Assembly (NCBI GenBank): GCA_021513715.1
Contig: CP084167.1
Location: 2,848,001 to 2,912,000 of the forward strand
DNA: 64,000 bases
Direction of reading: 5' to 3'
Source of the DNA: Candidatus Heimdallarchaeum endolithica
Lineage (GTDB): Archaea > Asgardarchaeota > Heimdallarchaeia > Heimdallarchaeales > Heimdallarchaeaceae
Position numbers and translations under genes: made by a program. Positions 8,708 to 18,558 of the stretch are shown in pieces; within the stretch, counting starts at the first letter, position 1, and every line of letters begins with the position of its first letter. Under the pieces are notes generated by a model that searched no databases, was not told the DNA's origin, and saw only the letters and a program-made list of their open reading frames with translations.

Positions 8708-9862
8708 ATGCTCTCATTTAGTGTTCTCTTCTTTTTCCATAATAGAAAAAGAACTTACCAAGCAATATTAGTACTCTCTCTTTCCTTAGTAATCTATATT
8801 TCAACTACTCTCTTGGTGAGAGGTTATTCTTCAAATCTTTCAGGAATGGCTAACATTATTACTCCATCAGATGAATATATTATAATAGAAAAGGAAAAGT
8901 CACTATCTGAAAGTAGAATTGAAAATCAAACTATTGATTTTCTTTATGATTATGCAGAAAAAACTCCAAATATAAAAGCAATAGTCGCATACAAATATGC
9001 ACCAATAATTGTAAAAGGAGAAAATGGTAGAATTAAGGAAACTTATCTTCGTTTATTGAATTTTACTTATTTTAATTCGTATTATCCTTGGGAGTATGTT
9101 TATTCGTTTGAAAATCCGGGTTCTGATGAGCTTATTTTAGGAAGATACTTAGCTTCTTTGTTATCTGCTGATAAAAACTCAATAGTTGACGTTTGTCTTC
9201 CAACTATCAATTTTAACACATCTCTTGTAATTTCTAATGTAATAACAAACAGCGATGAATTTGAACTCGAAATAATTGCGAGCTTTAGCAGCATTTTGAA
9301 CTCACACTTTGATTATTTCTCTTTTATTGAAATAAAAATTAAAGAACCTTCAACTATTTCTGCTATTCAAGAGGATATTAAAGAAAAGTATCCTGAACTT
9401 GATGTAATAAGTGAAAAGCAAACACAAGAATTTATCATTTATGGTACAAATGATATCATACAAACTCTTAATCTATTGCAATCCTTATTTTTTATTTTAA
9501 TGCTTGTTTCAATTACGTATAGCATTTATACTTTAGTAAAAGAAAGTGAAAAAGAAATTTTTATTCTCCGTTCTATAGGGGCCACCAATTTAAATATTAT
9601 TAGCCTTTTTCTTCTCCAATCATTATATATAGGACTAATTTCAGCATTCTTGGCTTTAATTGGTGGATTTTTATTAATTGTTTCCATTGTTTCGGCAGTA
9701 ACAGCTTTTTCTTATCTTCCTTATATTTCTGTCACAATATATTCAAAGTTAATTGTAATTATTTTTGGTTTTTCAATAGGTTTGTCAATATTATCAGGAA
9801 TAATTCCTTCTTTCCTTGCGTCAAAAATAAGATTACTTAAGGAGGATGAAAATATTGTTTAA
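8708..9862 (+). CDS. FtsX/MacB-family ABC permease
   Basis: One N-terminal TM, extracytoplasmic domain, C-terminal E.EKEI.ILRSIGA motif plus 3 TMs. Confidence 0.85.
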   Translation: MLSFSVLFFFHNRKRTYQAILVLSLSLVIYISTTLLVRGYSSNLSGMANIITPSDEYIIIEKEKSLSESRIENQTIDFLYDYAEKTPNIKAIVAYKYAPIIVKGENGRIKETYLRLLNFTYFNSYYPWEYVYSFENPGSDELILGRYLASLLSADKNSIVDVCLPTINFNTSLVISNVITNSDEFELEIIASFSSILNSHFDYFSFIEIKIKEPSTISAIQEDIKEKYPELDVISEKQTQEFIIYGTNDIIQTLNLLQSLFFILMLVSITYSIYTLVKESEKEIFILRSIGATNLNIISLFLLQSLYIGLISAFLALIGGFLLIVSIVSAVTAFSYLPYISVTIYSKLIVIIFGFSIGLSILSGIIPSFLASKIRLLKEDENIV

Positions 9863-12800
9863 TCTTAGACATACTTTCCTATATAACATTTTACCAAAAA
9901 AGAGATTACTAATAGCTTTTATTGGTTTTTTCATTAGTTCAGTAGTTATCTCTGGTGGATCAATATTAATGTATAGTATTGTTTCTTCTACTACAACTTA
10001 TCTCGGTGAGAGTGATGATGTCCTTATAATAACGAAAGAAGGTTCTACAACTCCCTATACAAGCCAATTACCTCTAGACTTTGTTGAAGCAGTGAAATTT
10101 GTACCTGGAGTAGTTGAAGTGTGTCCCGAGGTTTTAACTGCAGCGGTATATAAAAATAAGGCTATTTATTTTAGGGGAGTAGATACATATAGCTTTTGGA
10201 ATTTTACTCCTTATACTTTAATTGATGGGGTATTATTAGATGACAAAGATACCTTTAATGTTACGATTGGATTAAACTTTGCAGAAGAGCATAAATTAGA
10301 GGTTGGAGATTTCATAACTATTTATTCTACAAAAACAACTTCAGCTATTGAATTAAGAGTCAAATCTATTATTTACACTGGTACACTTCTAGATGATGAA
10401 CTAGTAGCTCCATTAGCAATTGGACAATTTTTAACTTTTGATTCGTTTAACTATATTACTCATGTTAGAGCAAGGATTGATTTATCAAAAACTACAAAAG
10501 AAAAAGTGAAAAGTATAGTATCGAATAGTTATAAAATTAAAGTTGGAGTACGAACCTTTAATGAAACACAAGAGCTTAATGCTACTGTTTTTGTTCAAGA
10601 TTTGCGCGGACAAAAAATTAACACAACTGAAATTGTAAACTTAAACTCTATGGTATTTGAACTCCCATTTAGAATGTATGAAATTTATGCACAGATAGGA
10701 GATTTTAAGTCAAATAAAACACAAATATTACCTGGAATAGACTTAGAGGTCAACATTCTTATTCCTTATTTAGAAAGAGTTGTGAATTTTACTGTTTTAA
10801 CAGAAGAAAAAGAACCAATAGAAAACGCAAAAATAAGCTTAACTCGCAAAGATTCTGATGTTTATTCTTATACTGATGAAATAGTATTGTATTCAAATTC
10901 TAAAGGAAAAGCAGTTGTCACTCTCAGTAATGGTACGTATTCTGCTGTCATCTCTTATAAAAGATTCAATAACAAATTCAATTTTGTAACTCAGGAAAAT
11001 AATGAATTTACGATAACATTGATAAAGAAACATCCAGACTTACAAGTGAATTTTCCAAAAAACAACTCTATAATACATGGTACAACACTTAATCTCTCTT
11101 TTGTTAGTTCTCCTGGTTATTCAATATATTATTACTTTGATGGCGATGGATCCAACACTTATACTTATTATAGTGAGTATTCTGGTCTACTATCCCCTGA
11201 ATTCCTTTTACACAAATTTTCAGGAGAAGCAGGAGAACACACGCTTACAGTTTATACAAAAAATTCTTATTATTCAGGAAACGTGTCAGAATATTTTAAT
11301 TCAACAATTATTTATTTCACTATAATTGACCCACCTGAAACTTTAGAATTTGAAAATGTTTCAGATATGTCTAATTTAGAGCCCAATCAAGTATTGAAAG
11401 TAAACTTACCATTTAACTATTCTTATTATGCCCCTTCCTATAGCTGGGACGATAAAGAATGGATAAGTATGGATGATAATCAGATCGTTGCAGAAGCAAC
11501 AATAGGATTGCATAAGTTAGAAATTAAACTTAAAACGAATACTAAGCAAAAGACCTATTTCTATTATTTCTCTATTTCAGAAAACAATTACAATTTTGGA
11601 TTGTATAACTTATCGTATCATAAAAAAATAAAACCAAATTCAATTTTTAAGGTTTGGTTTAATAATCTAACAGAGCCACTCTTCTATAGTTGGGATAATC
11701 GTAGTTCAAATAATTTATTTGAACACGAATATATTTTAACAACAAGTTTATCAGAAGGTAGTCATTCATTAACTATTGGATTCCAAAAAGATGGGCTATG
11801 GAACAATAGAAGTTACAATGTAATTATTGATACTGGTATTCCAAATATCTCTCTTTCAGCTACAAATAATTCTATTCTAAGTTCAGGAGAATTTTTGACC
11901 GTTTTTTCAAATGAAACAATTTATGATCTTGCGTTTTCATGGGATAATCAAAAATATTCATTATCTTATGATAACAAAATCCCAACTCCTTATACAAACG
12001 GTACACATACTTTAAGTTTGGTTGGTTATGATTTAGTGGGTAATAGATTTAATTTATTTTACAATTTCACTATTGTTAATCAAACAAATGTTAATCTTTA
12101 TGATTTCTTTTTGTTAAACGAGTATTCAGGGCTGATTAATCAAACATTTGTTGAACTCGAAATTTATTCTCCACCTGATGTTTCAACAATAACCTATGAA
12201 TTAGAAGGAATGCTAAATATTTCAGGAAATTACTCGGAAAAACTACTATTTTATCTTTATTCCGGGAAATATAATTTAACAATTAAACTCTTCAACAGCT
12301 CCCAAATTGTAGGTTACAGAAATTGGTCTTTTTATGTAATGAATGGATACAACAAATCATTCATTTCGTACTCTGATTTAACACAAAATAATGATTTAGA
12401 AGATGTTGTGGTCTACTTCCCAGAATTCGATGTTTCATATAAATTAGATGAATCATCAACAATATTTATTACAGATAATATATGGTCTTCAATTATTTCG
12501 TCTTACAATTCTACTTACAACTTATTTTCATATTTGTTTGTTGATACACAACCACCTAGTGTTTCTATACTATCACCAGACAAAGGGTCTGATCTTGCAA
12601 ATATATGGTTGGATTTAAAAACAGAAGCTGTAGAAGTTTTTTACAAAATTGATTCTTTAACAACACTTAGTAAATATTACTCTCCTGTAGTTATATCTAA
12701 TTTATCAATAGGAGAACACAAATTATATTTAACTTTGTATGATAGTTTGAAGAATAAGAAGGAACTTACATATACTTTTTCTATAGGAATCGAATATTCT

Positions 12801-14066
12801 CTTGTTAATTTAACTTTTGTTTATTCTGAAATAGGAAATGTTACTCTAGCCCCAAATTATGAATTTAAAGTTCGTTCTATTTGGAATAAAACTTTAATTT
12901 CTCTACAATCAAATAACAATGGAACTTCACTATTTAAAATTTTGAAAGGACAGTTTTATTTGTACATCACTTATGATAATACAACATTTGTATTTACAAT
13001 CAATGCAATAAGTAATATTGAAAAAACTATATTTCTTGGAAAAACAAATTTGACATTATCGTTTATTGATGTCTATGCGAATCTGCCAATATCAAACCAG
13101 TACTTCAATATTTACGATATTACAGGATTACTAATAAAAAGACTAAAAACAAATATTACAGGAGAAACAGAAGTGTCTTTGGACACAGGCATTTATTTTG
13201 TGGAATATGAAGTGCTTGATAATATTTATTCTTTTTATATTTATGTTTTTGAGGGAACGCAATCTTATACTTTTTATGTACTTTCACAGCCTGAATCAAT
13301 TAGTTTAACTTTTATATTTAGCAATAACACTCAGGCTAAAAACTTGCCAATAATTGTTGAAACTGAGTTTTTTGGAAATATTAGTTTTTATACAGATATT
13401 AACGGAGAATACGTTTTGTTGCTACCTTATCAAAAAATAGTTATACATGTTTTTTCACCTTCAGGAAGAAGATTAATATCTTTAACTCGATATATCGAAC
13501 CAGGTATTTCCTCTCTTAAAATCGTTATTCCTAGTGAAAAGAGTTCTACTTATCAAGAATTGCCATTTCAGAATATAGGCGGTTCTTTTGACATACTTAT
13601 AAGTTTATCTTCAGAGTATATGGAACATTATCTAAAGGGTTCTTTGCTTTTTACATATACTTTGGCTTATGCTGAAATTATTCTGATTGTATTGATTGTA
13701 GGCGCTAACTTATACGCTATTTTGAGAAATATAAACACAGAAAGTAGAAAAGAAATAAGAATTACTGAGATGATAGGTGCTACTTATCCTCATATTATGT
13801 TTTCTATTTTTTCCAGATTGGTTATTTTATCCTCTTTCTCCTATTTTATTGGGTATTTTGTGGGGACTGAAATTCTTAAATTATTAGCTAAGATGAACAA
13901 AACAGTATTCTTTGGTCATACATTTATTCCAAAAGGTAATGTATTTATTTTTATTATATGCTATTTCTTGATATTGATAATTGTAAGTATGACATCATTA
14001 TTTTTAGTAGTTTCACATAAGAAAAGGGAGAAAAAAAGGAGAGAAAGTAAAATTCCGTTGAAATAA
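9846..14066 (+). CDS. Giant FtsX/MacB-family permease with ~1000-aa Ig-like/transthyretin-like extracellular region
   Basis: N-terminal TM and MacB-type domain; repeated YSWD...G.H.L.I modules; C-terminal ESRKEI.I.EMIGA plus 3 TMs; many N-x-S/T sequons. Confidence 0.8.
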   Translation: MKILFNLRHTFLYNILPKKRLLIAFIGFFISSVVISGGSILMYSIVSSTTTYLGESDDVLIITKEGSTTPYTSQLPLDFVEAVKFVPGVVEVCPEVLTAAVYKNKAIYFRGVDTYSFWNFTPYTLIDGVLLDDKDTFNVTIGLNFAEEHKLEVGDFITIYSTKTTSAIELRVKSIIYTGTLLDDELVAPLAIGQFLTFDSFNYITHVRARIDLSKTTKEKVKSIVSNSYKIKVGVRTFNETQELNATVFVQDLRGQKINTTEIVNLNSMVFELPFRMYEIYAQIGDFKSNKTQILPGIDLEVNILIPYLERVVNFTVLTEEKEPIENAKISLTRKDSDVYSYTDEIVLYSNSKGKAVVTLSNGTYSAVISYKRFNNKFNFVTQENNEFTITLIKKHPDLQVNFPKNNSIIHGTTLNLSFVSSPGYSIYYYFDGDGSNTYTYYSEYSGLLSPEFLLHKFSGEAGEHTLTVYTKNSYYSGNVSEYFNSTIIYFTIIDPPETLEFENVSDMSNLEPNQVLKVNLPFNYSYYAPSYSWDDKEWISMDDNQIVAEATIGLHKLEIKLKTNTKQKTYFYYFSISENNYNFGLYNLSYHKKIKPNSIFKVWFNNLTEPLFYSWDNRSSNNLFEHEYILTTSLSEGSHSLTIGFQKDGLWNNRSYNVIIDTGIPNISLSATNNSILSSGEFLTVFSNETIYDLAFSWDNQKYSLSYDNKIPTPYTNGTHTLSLVGYDLVGNRFNLFYNFTIVNQTNVNLYDFFLLNEYSGLINQTFVELEIYSPPDVSTITYELEGMLNISGNYSEKLLFYLYSGKYNLTIKLFNSSQIVGYRNWSFYVMNGYNKSFISYSDLTQNNDLEDVVVYFPEFDVSYKLDESSTIFITDNIWSSIISSYNSTYNLFSYLFVDTQPPSVSILSPDKGSDLANIWLDLKTEAVEVFYKIDSLTTLSKYYSPVVISNLSIGEHKLYLTLYDSLKNKKELTYTFSIGIEYSLVNLTFVYSEIGNVTLAPNYEFKVRSIWNKTLISLQSNNNGTSLFKILKGQFYLYITYDNTTFVFTINAISNIEKTIFLGKTNLTLSFIDVYANLPISNQYFNIYDITGLLIKRLKTNITGETEVSLDTGIYFVEYEVLDNIYSFYIYVFEGTQSYTFYVLSQPESISLTFIFSNNTQAKNLPIIVETEFFGNISFYTDINGEYVLLLPYQKIVIHVFSPSGRRLISLTRYIEPGISSLKIVIPSEKSSTYQELPFQNIGGSFDILISLSSEYMEHYLKGSLLFTYTLAYAEIILIVLIVGANLYAILRNINTESRKEIRITEMIGATYPHIMFSIFSRLVILSSFSYFIGYFVGTEILKLLAKMNKTVFFGHTFIPKGNVFIFIICYFLILIIVSMTSLFLVVSHKKREKKRRESKIPLK

Positions 14067-14070
14067 ACTT

Positions 14071-16872
14071 CTACTTAATAGTAAATCCATTAATACCATA
14101 AGTAAACCAGCTGTTATTATAATAATAAATATTCAAACCACTTGTTGATAGAGTTGAAACATGATAACTCTGTGTCTCAATTTCATTTGTGTTTGAATGG
14201 TAATAAGATATTAAAATATCAATTGAGAATATTGTGTATGAACTCTGTTCTAATGTTAAAAGTGTAAATTGGTTAAAGCTTTCTACTTCTGGTTTTTTAA
14301 TTGTGTAGTTTAAAACTGATGTTCTTCTTGTATGTTCTCTAAAACTTGAATATTCTGTAGAAATTGTGAGATTAAATGGCTGTTTTGTGGGTATTGCTGT
14401 AAAGTCTTGAATAAGATCTATTTGGGCTTTACTGCCATTTATAGTTGTTTTGTGGAAATTATTACTAAATAAGTTTGTTTTACTATTTTCATTCTTTAGA
14501 AGAAATTCAACAGGACCGATATATGGCTTGCTAAAATCATAATTGTTGAATGTATATAGCAAGTATTCTTCATTATAAAAATTCAAAGTGAATAATTTTC
14601 TATTTGCCAGTATTCGAAAGATGTAATATTTCCAATAATATTTCTCTATGAAAGCTTTGTACCAATCATTCTTTTGATTTTGAGAAACAAAAATTGAGAC
14701 ATTATACTTATTGAAGAAATTAAAGAGTCTTGTTACATTCTCTCTATCTAAAGGAAATATACCTTCCTTAATTCCTGAGCTTTGTATAGATCCAAACATA
14801 TATACATCTATAGTAGGTTGAGAGACATAGTACTCTATTCCAGGAGTATTAATAGATAGTATTGTTTCCCAATCTGAAGCTCCAAGTCTATTAATAGCAT
14901 TTTTTAATTCTTCATAATTGGTTCTAGTGTAATAACTATAGCGATGTTGATATTCATTAATATTGAATTTACAATAAGTAATGAGAGCAGCTTGAGCTGC
15001 CATTGGAACAAATATTAATACGAAAAGCATAAAGGTTGTTGATATCTTCTGAATACTCTTTTTTTTGCTGTAGATCTTAGTAAAACTAAGATTCCAACTT
15101 TTTTCTTTCCAAATGAATAGAAACACAATCAAAGTTAGAAAAAATGAGAATCCAATAATGCTTCCAACATGTGTATGAGCTTTATACCAACGTTCATGAA
15201 AATTGACTATAACTCCAACTTCAAAAGGAAAGACTGGATAAAGAGATAAAAAGGCTGTTAAAGCAAGGAAAATAAAAGCAAAAAAGCCATCATTTTCTAA
15301 ATTAAATTTTTCATTAAAGAAGTTTACAATTCCTTTGAACCCAAAAATTACAATTATTGTTAGCGGGACAACAATTGGGGAAAGATAACGAATTGAACCT
15401 AAGGCAAAAAATCCTTGCCAGAAGATATAGAAAAATACTAACCAGATGATTAATCCATGTTTATTCTTTTTGTGTGCACAGAATAGTCCTGTAAGTTTTA
15501 CAAATAGCCATGAAGGTGCAAACATTGTTGCAATTAGAATTGCAAAAGTAGAGGTTACAAAGGTTGCTGTATGAGCGTTTTCAAGGTAAGTCTCAACAAA
15601 AGGAAGGCTTATACCTTTCCAACTAAGATTGAAAGTAGCATTTCTAGGGTCCCAGTAAGTATTTCTAAGCATTTCTTCAACACCAGTTATTCTTAACATA
15701 TGTTGTGCCCAGAAATAACCTACAAAGATAGGAAAAGAAAAAATTATGACAGTGAAAAACCACCTCTTATACGAAAAATTTAGTGTTTCAGATTGAATGA
15801 TTATTATTGCACAATAAATAGCTGCTAATACAATAAAAATTGATGTACCGATGTAAATATCAAATAAAGATTTTCTTGCTATTTGAGCTACAAAACCAAA
15901 AACAAGTAAGATTCTTAACACTTTTCCTACTTTATCTGAATCCATTGCAGCAAAAATAATAAGAGGAATTATAAACCCGCTTATCTTACTTAAAACACAG
16001 CCAGCAAATGATGCAGAGGTTAAAAGAGTATAAAAAATTTGATCTTTGTTTGATGTACTTTGTATGAATTTCTTATAATAGTAGTAAGATGCAGTTGTGA
16101 AGAACATAATGTAAATTTCTTGGTAATATTGATATTCATAAATAAGAAAATATACAAAAGGTGTTACCAGAAAGGCGATTGTTGACATATTTGAGTATTT
16201 TTCACTTAATCCTTCTATTCTTGCAATCTTATAACACAAATAAACAGTTAAGCTGAAAAATAACATAGGGACTAATTGTATCATTTCAGATAGTGTTATG
16301 AAGAAAGTAAAAGCATAAAGCATCACATTAAGCGGAGGTTTAAACATTGGTAGAAAATTTAATTCGTTGATTTTTCCTAGTTCACCTGTGGCAAAAATTC
16401 TAAAAGCGTTTGGGAGATAAAAATGTAGTGCATCCCAACCTCTAATAGGAGAAACAAGAGCTTGGAAAGTGTATGCACAAAGAATTAAAAAAATAACTAC
16501 AACTAGAATTTTACTAATGCTCTTTTCATATTTATATTGTCCCTTTAAAACGGTTTTAGGAAGAATTTTTATTAGGAAATGAAACAAATAATAAAGGAAA
16601 ATAGCTATGCTTATTGTTAAAAAAGTATAAACAAAGTTACTCATTAATTGTTTTGTTAATTGGTTAGGATAATTGTATGCTAAAAGACCAAAGAAAATCA
16701 TCGGCCCAACAAGTGAGATCGTTCCTAATACTGTTGAGTCAAGAATAATTTCAAAAAAAGTCTGTTTTTTTTCACTTTTTAGTAGTTTTTTGATAATTAA
16801 CACTTCTATAGAACCAAATGAGATAATGGAAATAACTGGTAAAATAACTCTAATGTCAAGCATAAATGTCAT
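14071..16872 (-). CDS. Multi-TM GT-C superfamily (PMT/ArnT-like) glycosyltransferase
   Basis: ~20 TM segments; P..GWDA...YLP first-loop motif, KPP, L.K motif, RYL.P; C-terminal soluble domain. Confidence 0.7.
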   Translation of the reverse strand: MTFMLDIRVILPVISIISFGSIEVLIIKKLLKSEKKQTFFEIILDSTVLGTISLVGPMIFFGLLAYNYPNQLTKQLMSNFVYTFLTISIAIFLYYLFHFLIKILPKTVLKGQYKYEKSISKILVVVIFLILCAYTFQALVSPIRGWDALHFYLPNAFRIFATGELGKINELNFLPMFKPPLNVMLYAFTFFITLSEMIQLVPMLFFSLTVYLCYKIARIEGLSEKYSNMSTIAFLVTPFVYFLIYEYQYYQEIYIMFFTTASYYYYKKFIQSTSNKDQIFYTLLTSASFAGCVLSKISGFIIPLIIFAAMDSDKVGKVLRILLVFGFVAQIARKSLFDIYIGTSIFIVLAAIYCAIIIIQSETLNFSYKRWFFTVIIFSFPIFVGYFWAQHMLRITGVEEMLRNTYWDPRNATFNLSWKGISLPFVETYLENAHTATFVTSTFAILIATMFAPSWLFVKLTGLFCAHKKNKHGLIIWLVFFYIFWQGFFALGSIRYLSPIVVPLTIIVIFGFKGIVNFFNEKFNLENDGFFAFIFLALTAFLSLYPVFPFEVGVIVNFHERWYKAHTHVGSIIGFSFFLTLIVFLFIWKEKSWNLSFTKIYSKKKSIQKISTTFMLFVLIFVPMAAQAALITYCKFNINEYQHRYSYYTRTNYEELKNAINRLGASDWETILSINTPGIEYYVSQPTIDVYMFGSIQSSGIKEGIFPLDRENVTRLFNFFNKYNVSIFVSQNQKNDWYKAFIEKYYWKYYIFRILANRKLFTLNFYNEEYLLYTFNNYDFSKPYIGPVEFLLKNENSKTNLFSNNFHKTTINGSKAQIDLIQDFTAIPTKQPFNLTISTEYSSFREHTRRTSVLNYTIKKPEVESFNQFTLLTLEQSSYTIFSIDILISYYHSNTNEIETQSYHVSTLSTSGLNIYYYNNSWFTYGINGFTIK

Positions 16873-18533
16873 TTTTTCTCTCCTTCATACTCTCTCATAA
16901 CATCTGCTGCACTTTTTGTAGATTTAGCCTTTTTAAGGAATTCTAATTCCTTAAAGTATGTGACAGTTATTATTGCTGGTACTGATAAAGATATTGCTGA
17001 CATAATAAACCATCCAACTAATGGATCAGGGGGAAATGACAAGAAAGATTGAACAATAGCATAATAAAAAGGACTAGATAGTATTAGTAGAACGAAAGAC
17101 CAGATAGAATATTTGATTTTTTCACTCATCTTGCCTAAAGATTTAGGCTTTTTCTTAATTGTTCTTCTAAACTCTTTTTTTATTCCCAAAAAAGCACTAA
17201 TTACAGCCCATAAAAGAAAGGATTGAGCTGTTAACATCAAAATATAAAAGGCAGTGATAGTCCAAACTCCACCCCAAAATCCTCTTAACCGAATCATCCT
17301 ATCTTCTTTTTCTTCTCTTATCCAAGTAATAACCCCCATAACTAAATTTGCAAAAGCGATAAGAATAGGTGCTAAGATAAGCAGAGGGACAACTTCTGCG
17401 ATATTTGGTCTAATGAATGGAATCTTCAAAAAGTAGTTACATGAAAGAATAAGAAAATTAACAAACCACATACTAACTCCAATAGCTGGAAGAACAGAGG
17501 TTACAGCCATATCTATTTTGTTTAAAAATGAACCTTTACCTCGTAGAACAAAGAAAGTTCTTTTTACAAAAATCTGTGAAATCCCATAAGTCCATCTCCA
17601 AACTTGATTTATCATTCCGATGGGTGTCCAGGGTACTAAACCATTACTGCATATTTCATGAATATAATCAGATTTGTAACCTTTTGCTATAAGAACGAAT
17701 GAAGTGTCTGTATCTTCTGCAAGAGTATCCTCTAAAAATCCACCAGCTTCTTTAACTAGCTTAGTTTTAAATACACCTGTAGTTCCTGCGAAAACTACTC
17801 CGAAACGAGTTGCTCGACTTTTTTGCATTATATGAAAAAATTGACTGTGAATGAAGGCACTACTCCTCTGCATGTAATTATCTTGATTAACAAACATGGG
17901 TTTTCCTTGAACAAAAATAATTTTTTCGTTAGTAAAACCAGATAAACATGTTTTTAGAAAATTCTCTGTTGGAATGTGGTCAGAATCTAATAAAGCAACA
18001 TAATCAGTTGAGATTTGTTTTAAAGCATTATTTATAGCTCCTGCCTTGAACCCTTTTCTATTCTTTCTGTGTATATATTTTACATTCTTTTTTTTGCAAA
18101 AATCTTTTAATTCCTTATTTTCACCTTCTGGTGTGTCATCTGCAATTATTACTTCAAAGGATTCTTTAGGGTAATCAACATTTAGTGCACCTTCTATAGT
18201 TTGAGATAAAACAGCTAAAGGCTCTTTATATGTTGGAATAATTATAGAAACAGAAGGGAAATTCTCTTTTTCAGAAATAAAAAAGTTTCTATTACTAGGA
18301 ATTTTGTAATCAGAAGAAGAACCAATATAGTAGTAAACAAAAATTGAATAAAAAGCACTGAATAGTTCTACAAAAAGTATTACAAAGTTTTCAATAACTA
18401 TAAGAATATTTTTTGTTCCACTATTAACTTTTGCAAATTGAATAATAAGAATTGAACTTGAAATAATATAATACAATAGAAAACCAAATAGTAAATAAAA
18501 TAATATATACCAGAATATTTTTGCTTTAGACAT
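16869..18533 (-). CDS. Processive GT2 glycosyltransferase, cellulose synthase (BcsA/Csl)-like
   Basis: IPTYKE, ADD, GFKAGAIN, DSDH, FVQ, AED, QVWRW (D,D,D,QxxRW) with flanking TMs. Confidence 0.9.
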   Translation of the reverse strand: MSKAKIFWYILFYLLFGFLLYYIISSSILIIQFAKVNSGTKNILIVIENFVILFVELFSAFYSIFVYYYIGSSSDYKIPSNRNFFISEKENFPSVSIIIPTYKEPLAVLSQTIEGALNVDYPKESFEVIIADDTPEGENKELKDFCKKKNVKYIHRKNRKGFKAGAINNALKQISTDYVALLDSDHIPTENFLKTCLSGFTNEKIIFVQGKPMFVNQDNYMQRSSAFIHSQFFHIMQKSRATRFGVVFAGTTGVFKTKLVKEAGGFLEDTLAEDTDTSFVLIAKGYKSDYIHEICSNGLVPWTPIGMINQVWRWTYGISQIFVKRTFFVLRGKGSFLNKIDMAVTSVLPAIGVSMWFVNFLILSCNYFLKIPFIRPNIAEVVPLLILAPILIAFANLVMGVITWIREEKEDRMIRLRGFWGGVWTITAFYILMLTAQSFLLWAVISAFLGIKKEFRRTIKKKPKSLGKMSEKIKYSIWSFVLLILSSPFYYAIVQSFLSFPPDPLVGWFIMSAISLSVPAIITVTYFKELEFLKKAKSTKSAADVMREYEGEKK

Positions 18534-18558
18534 TTAACACACTTAATTCCAACTTACT

